From Tubulanus polymorphus (lineage: Eukaryota; Animalia; Nemertea), in NCBI RefSeq assembly GCF_964204645.1, contig NC_134028.1, positions 25,540,345-25,604,344 on the forward strand: a DNA stretch of 64,000 nt. Reading direction: 5' to 3'. The notes beneath the pieces were generated by a model. That model was not told the DNA's origin. It saw nothing but the letters and a program-made list of their open reading frames with translations, and did not search any database. Position numbers and translations under genes: made by a program. Every line of letters begins with the position of its first letter. The first letter of the stretch is position 1. Below, in pieces: positions 53,441-64,000 of this stretch.

Positions 53441-54717
53441 CAGTATTTTAAAAATATTTTAGCATTCATGTTGTCGTTGTTTAAATCATATTTAACTTAT
53501 TCCAGAATTGGGGCTCTAGAACTTGCATTGCGAGTTCTTGTGAATTGGTTACTTTTCATTGAAAATGTGGATATTCAATGCACAAATCGATTGGGGGTAA
53601 TTGTCGAAATAAGGCGGAATACCTGACTACACCGTAAGGTGCTGCCGCTATGCTCATCGTTGGCGGATTTTTCATACACTATTGCGAACTAACTCTGGCA
53701 ATCAACGTTGCTTCCGCACTTTCACCATCCTCGCTTGCCAATGGTCCGGTATCGCTCCCGAACTCGCTTCCACCAGGGGAACGGCTTTAGCAGAGTGGGT
53801 TCGAATCCCTTGACGGGTGAAGATGCAATTTCACATCATTTTGAAACAGATTTAACTGCACCAGTGCAGCATGTCCCGTGAGAGGACCTGGGGCCTGTGA
53901 CGGGACATCATTGTCCCGTCACAGGTCCCGATGGAAAATGAAAACTTTGCATTTTATAGACGTAATGTCGAAAGTAACTGAACTCGATTGTTATACACTG
54001 AAAATAATGTTGTTATAGACTGAAAATAATGTTAAGAACATGTTAACAATCTAAAGTATCTCTCCGATCCAGATATACGACGTCACATCCTCGGAGATTG
54101 TCTCGAACTTCAAACAATATATACAAATAAAGCACTGGAAAATAGTGAATTTATCGATATTTTATTATTAGAAATTACAAAATGCATTACCGGTTCATTC
54201 TGATCGATTCATATCAACATACAAACTTAATCAGATTCTCTAATGCAATTCAGACATTATCTATACAGTACATACAATAACAAAATGTAGGACACAAGTT
54301 TCACAATCCGGATTAAATCTACTTTCACTGCTGTTTATACAGAATACATCACAAAATGATTAATCCCGCTTAATGCAGCTGCTAGTTTTAGGTGGATCCT
54401 TAATTTTATTCCTATTCCAATTATCGTAAGCGTGACCAATTATCGTGACTTTCAATATAATAATAAACAATTTCTAAATGATTTTCATCAATATCAAACG
54501 GTATTTTTGTGCGGATAAAAAAATAAATAACTAAGAATAACAAATATCCATGTGAACAAAACTGATGCAACAAAGCGGGTATTCACTTGTAGACGTGCGG
54601 AGTAAGGAATCATCCTTTCTGATCTGAAACAGATGGAAATGTCTGTCCGTCTTTTTTTGACGCGAACAAAAGGAATCAATTCACTTTTAAGTCACAATGT
54701 GAGTCCTCGAGGTTCAT

Positions 54718-57700
54718 TCAGTAGAATTCCTCCTCGTCTTCCTCCTCAGCTTCTGCACCCGATTTCTTTTTCGAATTTCCCGCAGAATTCTGGTTTTTGA
54801 TTTGTTCTTGGTTATTATACATTTCGGCGACCTGAAACAGCAGATATCAATAATCAGTTTAAAATGCTCATTATTCGTGAATCGATGGCTCTACTGACCG
54901 TGAATCGATGGCTCTACTGACAGTGAATCGATGGCTCTACTGACAGTGAATCGATGGCTCTACTGACAGTGAATCGATGGCTCTACTGACAGTGAATCGA
55001 TGGCTCTACTGACAGTGAATCAATGGCGCTACTGACAGTGAGTCAATGGCTCTACTGACAGAGATGGCTCTAAGGTGGCTCTAAGGACAAAGATGGCTTT
55101 ACAGACAGTGAATGGCTCTAGTCTACTGACCTGTGCACTGGACGTTGCCTCTTCTGGTTTCTTGTCATCTCTTATCCGTAGAAACCGTGGAAAACGCAAC
55201 GAAATTCCCTTCTCTGGATCAACCTGAAGCGAAAAATCCGACCGAGTTAAATAATTCAAACAATGAGATTTTAGAAATTCGGTTTTCAAATTGTTTTACT
55301 TACAAGACCGGCTGCTGCCATATGATTAGGAGATATAGACAAATCTGCAGCCTTTATCTCCCAAACCTGCACCGCATCAAACCAATCATCAGGCTCATGA
55401 CTGTTGTCAAATCTATAATACGCTTTCGGCTTTTCGATGAGATGCTCTTTGAAGAATTTTGTATGTTTTTCTAAATCATCATCTTTGAAACCAGTTCCAA
55501 TCTAGAAATTATTACTCATTTAATGAGCCATTCATCCAGCAAATATAGGGGAGGCCACTGACCGACAATTTACAAATTCACTAAGTTTTCCCCGATTCAT
55601 TCATGTGATTACACAAAATCCCCTGTGTCAATCGAGATATTTCTTGTTTAAAATTTTACAATTTGTTCATTTTCTATGAATAACACATTGATTATTAAGA
55701 ATAACATATCCAAATTCCCAAGGTTTACCAGGTTTTTTGCAAAATTTGTCAAATTCCAAGTGTTTTCCTGATTTTTAAAAAGATTTTCCGATTTCCTGAG
55801 TTTTCCAGGCCAGTTGCTACCCTTAAATAAATCGCAATTATTTCCATGAAGCTTTCGAACCTATGCATACCTTACAGATCGACTGGAATTCTTCATTTTC
55901 TTCGTCATAACAAGCCAATAGGAAACCGCCGTAACGACCCGTTCGTTTACCTGTTCCATGATAACCCCCGATTGGTACTACGTCCAATGTATCACCAACA
56001 CCATCCAAATAATCCTTCTTCAACTATGACAATAACACAGAATACACTATATTGACAAGGGGAAACATTAATTGTCTTACACGCAACAGAAAATATGATC
56101 TTTGTGATATGATCAATTTTACAAAGATCTTTTTCAAAAGACTTTTGATTTCCCTAATCCTCAACTCTAGGCAGAATTAACTGTATTTCTAGGCGGATAA
56201 ATACCTTCAGCCAATTGTGAGATCGCTTCGCAATTTCATAGGTGGCGTCTTTGTCTAATGTCTTTACCATCAAGCCTTCACATTTTCCTGAAATAACGAG
56301 AACAAAAAATATTTACACGAAAACTCCGCGGATATCGGTACGATATTTACGAACGAAATCATAAGAGCTAAAAATACCTCTTATCGATTCCTCCAGGAAT
56401 TCCGATATTTGATCGGTATCCGACGATATCATCGTGGTAGCGAACACGAACTCTCCTTCGATTTCGTTGAACGATGAATGAAGAAGTTCGCGTCGTTTCC
56501 TGAACGGTTCTCGCACGAGCGACTCGCCGTTCAAACATAACAGATCAAACGCGTAAACGCAAACTTGAACTTTTATCTGGGACGAATCGGCGTCCTGAAG
56601 ATAACGACAAATTTCATTTAACAACCGAATCCAATAGATGGCGAAGTCGTCATTACAAAATGCTTCATTTCATTCATAGATTTACCTTACGTTTTCTTGT
56701 GCTCAGTATTTGAAACGGTAGAATTTGTTTTTGTTCTTTATCCCAGGCAACGGCTTCTGAATCTATGATACACGAAGTGACGCCTTCCTTGAGGACATTC
56801 GGAATCCTAGCGATGATATCCGGGTATTTTGACGTGTTGTCCTCAGAGTTGCGACTATATATGTGAACTTTCCCGTCTTCTAAGAGATGTATCTACAAAT
56901 ATAGATCTATTTGACAGATCTATTTGGGTGGCCACTTACCTAATTTAGAAATCCCTCGAGTTTTCAATGTTATAACACAAAATTCCCTGAATAGTTCTGC
57001 GGCAGGTGAATGGAGAAATTTTCTTGGTTTAAAATATTACTATTGATTCATTTTTCCTGAATTACTTATTGATCAAGTAACACTTGGTCAATAACGTATC
57101 TAAATTCCCTGGGTTTTCCTGGTCAGTGGCCACCTTGTTCGATCTACAATTGCCAAAACAACTTATAACTTGTAGGGATTGAAGAGTTTTAAAGTAAGGC
57201 CGTACCTGGGCTCTTTCCCCATCATACTTCCATTCACAGGTGAAATCTGCATCTTCAAATCGTTGGAATATTTCAGAAACGCCTTTAGAAGGATGCGCAA
57301 GCATAGGCTTTAAAGGTGTACCTGTAACAACAGCATTAAATATAGGTATCAAAAATCACATTTTCTGGAAACCTCTAGAATCCATTTTTATTCACGTGGA
57401 CTTACCAGGAGCAAGTTTACAATGCTTGGGAAGTTCTTCGAGACCTGATTTCAGTATAGCAGGAATAATAGCACCATAGTTAGGACATTCACTAAAACAA
57501 TATAACAACAAACATATTGCCTTATTTAATTCCATAGATCAATAAACAAATCGAGGGTCTCCGCCTGCTCACCAGTAAGTGGTTTTAACGAGTAAAGCAG
57601 CTTTTTCCAATGTTTTCTTCCAAACATCGGCTCCAACTCCTTTACTGGCATCGAGTATCTGCGGTGGATAGTCTGAATAATATCCACATAGAGGACAGAT

Positions 57701-59524
57701 TATCATTATTATTATCATCATTATCATCAGCATTTTTTGTCTCATTGTCTCATTTATACAATTTTTCATAGAGGGCATCCTTCCCTCAAGGTACAGCTCT
57801 TAGGGCTGTGAGGTGTCCTCCTCAAATATGTAAAATTTCCAATCTATATGTAATTAATCATAACATTGTTGGCATTCATACTAATGTTTACATATTTGAG
57901 AAATAATTCATTCATTTATTCATTGGCAATGTTTACCGTTCATATAACAACAAACCTTGACAAGGTGGGGTATACGCCAGCGCATGCCCCAGTGACACCA
58001 GCACAGACTGTTCAGCTAAACCGATGCGTAACTTGCCGCCTAAAGATCGTATCAAATATCTCGCTTCCGAATGTCTACAAGCCGTAAACATGCCTTTTAT
58101 TTTGTCGATTTTCTTGTTCATCACCTGAAATCAGCGACAGCATTAACAACTGAGGAAACACTGAATGAAATAACGATCAACAATAGAAATCAAACATCGC
58201 GTGTTGCGCTCTTACCGCGTTTCCACTCATCATCGCGATCTCTTTAAGAGTCTTGAAAACATTGGGTATCGTCAATTTCGGGGGAGCGAACATCGTTCGT
58301 TGATTACTGCGACTACTTTCAGCGACGATTCCTAAATCACCTTCTTCCTTCACATCCGCTCGTATCTTATCGACACTTCGACCTAAAGCACAGACATTTT
58401 GATCATATAATAAGTTGTTCATCAGCAGAAACATCATCAGGATTTTTGGCCACTTTTATTCGGGCTTTTTCCCCGACTTTCCCTGAGTATTCCCTGACAT
58501 GCACATTATTTTCCCTGACTTGATCTGCTCAATTAACGCAGTGAAATATGTAAGACATAGATGTAAACTGTATGATTTTACGCGCGATCTAGCAATCTCA
58601 ACAAATTTTCGTGATTTTACTCAAGAAAAGAAAATTCCTCGACTTTTCTCCAGGTAAGTGGCCAACCCGTTTAATTCTTACCTGTAGCTTGAGCAATAGC
58701 TTTTACGAGTACTAGATCACCGATACCGAGCTCAACGCCTTCGTACGCCGGAGCCAGTTGATTCAGACATAAATATACGGATGCTAACAAATCATTTGGA
58801 GAAAGCACGATCACGGATCGGAAAAAATTTCGCAAAGATTCGATATTCTTCAGCCTGAAAGAAGACAAATATTCTCTGGTCCTGATGTTGGAGTTATAAC
58901 GAGCTTTGATTATATTCAACTTGTAGTTTTAAATTCTGTTTTTATTGTAATAAAGCGTACGAACCTCGCGCTTTCAGCCTCAATAGCTTCAAACGTCCTC
59001 GCAATTGCAAGATATGGAACCCTAAAACAAAGCGTAGAAGCAACCATTGAATGATTAACCCTTTCTGGGCTCTGACTAATCAATATCTGAAAGTGCTGGA
59101 GATAATTTGAAAATTTAAAAAAAATTCCAGCCCAGTGTGCTAACGGGAATACCACTGTAGTGCGTCTACATCAGCGGTGCGGTGTATCGTTAGTTACTAA
59201 TACATATATTTGATTATGATTGACAGGAACTACCATCATTCGATAGAGATTAAAACTAATCATATATATACACCGCGATGAGGTCCATCACTGATCTGCA
59301 CCGCACTGCGGTGTAGACGCACTAAAGGGTTAAAGGTCTCTTGAGCATGAGAATTACAAAGAAACATGATTTCTAATTCTTCAGAGAATACGTATTTTCA
59401 GACGTACTTGTCACCGTGTTTCCAGCAAGCATCGTCTATCGGGTGATATTTAGACTTGTTCGGTTGATATGAATCACTTGAAGTATCGGTTTCATTCTTG
59501 GAAGAGGATCCTCCGAAGAAAAAA
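54718..59524 (-). CDS. LIG1: DNA ligase I, 15 exons covering the DNA-binding, adenylation and OB domains; N-terminal exons not found in the window
   Basis: Motifs [58 protein letters not shown] (motif I), EGLMVK, WLKLKKDY and [14 protein letters not shown]. Phase-consistent exons: 59524-59408, 59021-58965, 58854-58682, 58382-58216, 58124-57956, 57672-57573, 57491-57406, 57321-57206, 56892-56686, 56594-56378, 56287-56205, 56023-55871, 55501-55304, 55223-55131, 54831-54718 (ends EEEDEEEFY*). Confidence 0.97.
54877..55130. repeat. Minisatellite: 8 copies of 23-bp GTGAATCGATGGCTCTACTGACA plus degenerate copies in the last LIG1 intron
   Basis: Direct reading; units at 54877-55060, degenerating toward the donor site at 55130. 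Confidence 0.92.
58437..58669. mobile_element. Representative of an intronic repeat family with GGTGGCCAC-type ends and TTCCCTGA sub-repeats (other copies ~1212-1420, 5967-6064, 55549-55823, 56927-57137)
   Basis: Clear similarity between 1240-1370 and 58480-58605; GGGTGGCCAC...GTGGCCACC termini in several copies. Confidence 0.6.
59059..59329. mobile_element. Second copy of the piggyBac-type MITE (opposite orientation) in a LIG1 intron
   Basis: TTAA|CCCTTT...AAAGGG|TTAA; the internal sequence is the diverged reverse complement of 7495-7775 (shared GCGGTGTAGACGCACT motifs). Confidence 0.8.
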
Positions 59525-60598
59525 CTGAAAAAATACACAAAACAAAGAATATATATATATACATATATATATACATATATTTATATATAAAGTCAACGAG
59601 AATAGATCTTCTTCTTTTTTTTTCTGAACCAGGTGACTCACCGATCAACGATACGAAAAGGTTCTTTACGACGAAGAAAAACTTTGAAAATTTTTGTGAA
59701 AAGTGAGAATCAAGAGACTTATTATATCCTAATTACTGTAGATTCCACCTAAATTGGTACTGTTTATCTCATTACTTTATTAATTCAGTGGTTTTGTAAG
59801 CAAATTTGTATCCTTTACACAACGTAAACTTGGTTTTCTAATTTGGTAACCGCCTAATTGGGTCAAACAATAAATCAGGTCTCAGCTGTACTGATTTAGG
59901 GGTAGTCTACTGTACAATTACAAACATATCTGTTTGCCTAGTTCTCAAAATTGAAGGAGTTTTAAAGGAGTTTCCGGCATTAAGCTCAAATTAAAGGAGT
60001 TTCAAGCACCTTCAAAAGTATTTTCCGTTTTGAAAGGAGTTTTTGAGGCATCAAGAAGTCGAAGGGACCCTGCCAAAGTCTACGGAGTAGCAGAATTAAT
60101 TGATTAAGCTACATAATGATATTTGACGTTGGCGTGGTCCAATTAGTCACGATAGCGAACGCGGTATATAAATCATATGCTGGTCAAAGCTATTACGGCA
60201 TTTATTGCCGACTAAAACCAACAGCAACGATACGGCACCGATCGATAAAACAAATGATTGTCTCAAACGATCGGTGGATCAATTGACGAACCACGAACGA
60301 GAATTTATAGGCGACGGTATCGGGTTTAATTCGTTTTAATCAACAAACACCGGGCGATTTACTTTTAACTTTCATTCTCAGATCGATCGGGTGAACGTCT
60401 GCCCGAGTCGACAATGGACGGGCGGGCGGCGAGGGACGCCTCAATGACGTAACACCAGAGAAATAGCACAATACAATAACGCTTAGTAACAATAGACAGC
60501 GAACACGCGCCGAGATAGCGAAGCCTACGAGATGTTCTATTCGTTCTAAAAGCTTCTAGATACATTTGTGATGGAAATGCTTTCAGATAACGTCGCGT

Positions 60599-60925
60599 AT
60601 GGAACAAACGCCGCCGAGACAGAAAAGAGCTTCTTACATTTCACTCCACTCGAGTACGTTAAAAGACCTCAAAAGGCTCGCGTTCTTAATCACCGAACAG
60701 CTAGAGATGGAACAAGTTACAAAACCGCACGCAAATCTTTTGTGGCATCTTTTCGTCGGCGAGTCACGAATTTTTACCGACGACAAACCGATAACAGTTC
60801 GCGAATTTCTTAAATCGATTCGATTGATGAATATATTTTACGTTTCGATTAGAGCGCGCGACTCCAGTCAAAACCTGTCAGAATTTGAAATATCCCCGCA
60901 CGACGCGCGGAGGCGTCGAGAATGA
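60599..60925 (+). CDS. Possible small protein (108 aa), antisense to and probably nested within a LIG1 intron
   Basis: Protein-like ORF. Upstream CCAAT (60139), TATATAAA (60165), a plausible 65-bp intron (60317-60381) and an in-frame acceptor TTTCAG| at 60586. Confidence 0.3.
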   Translation: MEQTPPRQKRASYISLHSSTLKDLKRLAFLITEQLEMEQVTKPHANLLWHLFVGESRIFTDDKPITVREFLKSIRLMNIFYVSIRARDSSQNLSEFEISPHDARRRRE

Positions 60926-62419
60926 AAATTTGAATCGGACAGAAATTGATGACGATTTTAGCGCGCGCGCGGAAACAGTATCGTATTTCTTTTCAACTCA
61001 GGTCCGATGTCATAAGTCAAAAAGCTTAACAAAATCTGTCTAGTAATTATGGCAATACGTGCCTTAAGAAAAAAACAAAATTTCTTCATTCTTAAAGTTA
61101 CCTCCACGACCGGTTCGTAACGTGCAATAATTAAAAACGTTAAGATGTGAGACACGTATTTTGAAAAAGAAGATTATTAATTCAAGGTCCGTACAGATCA
61201 GTCGTTCCCGGAGAAAATTTCAAAGCGTCAGCATCATTTTCATATCCCAATTATAGCAGACTCCTCCTGAATTCTGTTTAACCATTAATTCAGTGGTTTT
61301 GTAAGCAAAACTTAATCCTTAACACTACGTTAACTCATTTTCTAATTTGGTAACCACCTAATTTGTGTAAAATCCAGGTCCTGGCCCAGGGCTCGTCTAC
61401 TGTACAACTAAAAACTAGACACAAGATCCTAACAGCCTATTTCAAAAAACAAGAAGGGGTTTTAAAAGAGTTCCAGGCATTTTGTTCAAATCAAAGGAGT
61501 TTCAAACACCGTTAAAAGTAGTTTCCATTTTTAAGGAGTTTTAAAGGAATCAAGGAGTCGTAGGGATGCTGAAATTCTAACCTTTGTGACAAATTTATAG
61601 TGTGGAATGATTAAAAACATGGATATGCAAGACACGTATTTAAAGAAAAAGAAGATTATCAGTTAGAATTCCAAACCAGCACCAGCCGCAGCAGTATCAC
61701 CCGCTTGCTTAGAATATGCATTGAGGTTTCGATTCAATTTTCATCAGATCGATTCCCAGATTCGATGTTTAATAGACCGTAACTGCGCGATAAAATCATT
61801 TTTCCAGTCGCAGCGCGCCTCGAAGCATAGAAAACGAAATACGAAATAAATCTTCCGTCTTGAAATGAAAGCAAAGTCCGTGTGACTGAGGGTTTCATAC
61901 GCAGGGTCGATCTGTAACGCGGTTTTCTGGCTCTGCCTTTACTATAAGAAAAAGGTATAACATTTTTGCCAAAACCTTACGCCCATCTTCTTGGAAATAA
62001 GGTTATCATTTTTATCAAAATCTAACCTATTTTTGGAAATCGCATATTTTTTAAAAAGTTTGCAAAAACCATTGACGAGGAAAACTCTGCTTGCGGTTAA
62101 TGGCTTATCCGGGTAATGCCCTTTCATTTCTTTTGGACCCGACCTTTTTATTTCCTAGATCCCCGCCAGTGATGATATTCATTTAACCATTTTGCTTCTA
62201 CTTTGCTTGAGAGAACGCGCAAATGGGTCTTGAGGGAACTCGACAAAACAATCACTAAATTTCAACTATTTATGGTTAGCTGTCTAAAATCAATACAAAG
62301 AGCTGCCGTTTGAGGAAACATTTTGTGTAAAGCTCATTAACGGGAACACGTTTCATCGGCGCTTTTTTTCACGAGCAATTCAGCTTTAATTAAAACTATG
62401 ACAGATTGATGTGAAGAGA

Positions 62420-62632
62420 ACTCTCTCTTTCCTCTCATCCTCTCATCTTCCTCCCTCTCTTCTCTCTCACCTCTATCCCCCTCCCTCCCCTCTCCTCTCC
62501 CCCTCCCTCTCTCCTCTTTCTCCTAACCCTCTGATCTTTCTCCCCTCTCTTACTCACCTCATTCTCTCCTCTCCCTCTTTCTCCTGCTCCCCCCTCTCTC
62601 TCACCTCACTCTCCCCTCTCCCTCTCTTTCTC
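62420..62632. repeat. Polypyrimidine (CT-rich) low-complexity tract; similar tracts at ~41210-41338 (CT) and ~43095-43350 (GA)
   Basis: Direct reading. Confidence 0.8.
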
Positions 62633-64000
62633 GATAATGCGTTGAATGGAGGTGTGTCGAAACGGAAATCTGTCACCGATTTCCACGACGATGACGATTC
62701 AGACAACAATAAAATCACTGGGCAACGACGAATGACGACCAGCTCGTGTGTGTGTGTGCGCGCACGCGGTTTACAGAACAGAGTATAATCAATGCGTACA
62801 TCGTGTGAATAAAATATCTTCAGAAACTTATTGAAGAATGCGATATTGACGCAGTTCACAGCGGAAATTCATTCTATACACAATCATGATCGCAATTCAG
62901 GTAGGTGATCAAATATTATATATTTCTATCAACAGAACAGTTACTATGACAACTTTTGAAAGTCATGTGACATATTAAGGGTATTTTTGATTATTGAAAA
63001 TGCACATTTCGACGCATATTAGCAATTCAGCCATCTATAGCATTTGAAATTTGCAGATGGGTTAGATGCATTTTACAGCATTCTAAAGTGGAAATTTAAA
63101 TGACAAATAATAGAAGAAAGGTCTTTAAGATTCCATGTAATAAGGCAGGAAAAAGTGTTCGTTCAGAAAAGGGCAACTCAAAACATTCAAACAGTCTTGT
63201 ACAAAGCCCACAAGAATCTGTGCCTGTGTTATGTTTTTTTTCATTATGCACTTGAAGATGATTCTTTTTTTGCATAAATGAAACGTCTTCAAGGAGAAAG
63301 TTCTTTTTTGAAAATGCTTCAAATAGGATTCGTGCCCTGCCTTAGTACAGGGAACAGAATCACAGAAAATGTTCGATTAATTTTTCTCGTCCTTCCACTT
63401 GCATAGGTATTTCAAAACCTACTGAGTTCATGCTGCAGTTACATGAGATTTCAGTAGTAAACAGGACTTTTTAACAATTTCCAAATATTATTTCTATTAA
63501 TAAAATGTTAATTTTGAAAGCGAATTAACAGCCTGCATACAATATCATTAAATTTCTGTAAAAAATTGAAAATACATTATCCCAGATATTCATCATCAAA
63601 CGAATTAGAATTTCTCTTAAATCTATGTTACTGTTGAGCATAGCGATCGGATTCCAACCGTTTTGGATCAAAACTTTTTTTGAAGAAAAAGCACTATAAA
63701 TCTAGTTTATTGTCGAGACATAACCAAAGGTATGTGGAGCAAAAATCCATCAGCGAATGAGACATTCGGACAAGACTCTGTTTTATGGGGCTTTTATCAG
63801 AAAACGTTATATCAATAATAATCAGTTAATGCACTTCTGGCGGTCATCAATCTCGATCGCGACTATGTATCGTACTTTCAAGGTTCGTCCTTCCTTCCAA
63901 TAACAACGGGTAACAATTCATGAATAAACATAACCATGATTGATTTCATCGTCGTCGTCATCGACAGCTCGAAACGGCTGAAAGTTTGTCGAAACCGAAC

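Noticed and set aside
53740-53820. tRNA gene
   Set aside because: A B-box is present, but I could not fold an acceptor stem or cloverleaf; the same applies to 20802.
62411-62859. 125-aa and 101-aa ORFs
   Set aside because: They are products of the CT-rich low-complexity tract.
63919-64000. Minus-strand frame ..FRAVDDDDDEINHGYVYS* as the end of another gene or a LIG1 exon
   Set aside because: It is too short and cut by the window edge, so it cannot be supported.

Overview
AT-rich, intron-containing genomic DNA from an invertebrate animal (lophotrochozoan-like; the taxon is a guess). The window has four coding loci. (1) The 5' 24 coding exons of WDFY3/ALFY (blue cheese) lie on the minus strand at 272-14050 and run off the left edge. 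(2) Two tandem intronless rhodopsin-family peptide GPCRs lie at 15913-17103 and 19177-20262, with an inverted relic of a third between them. (3) A Tob (BTG/Tob family) gene at 27988-29115 has a CRE-rich promoter and is followed by ~22 kb with no recognisable intact gene. (4) Fifteen 3' exons of DNA ligase I lie on the minus strand at 54718-59524; the 5' exons were not found. Introns carry many MITE-like elements and two minisatellites that abut splice sites. The most interesting signal is a 125-codon ORF in the WDFY3 5' leader. A canonical splice would extend it to 132 codons ending TGA-AAA-ATG, in frame with and 3 nt before the WDFY3 start codon, which suggests a bicistronic, reinitiation or readthrough arrangement. 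All calls were made by eye, without database searches.
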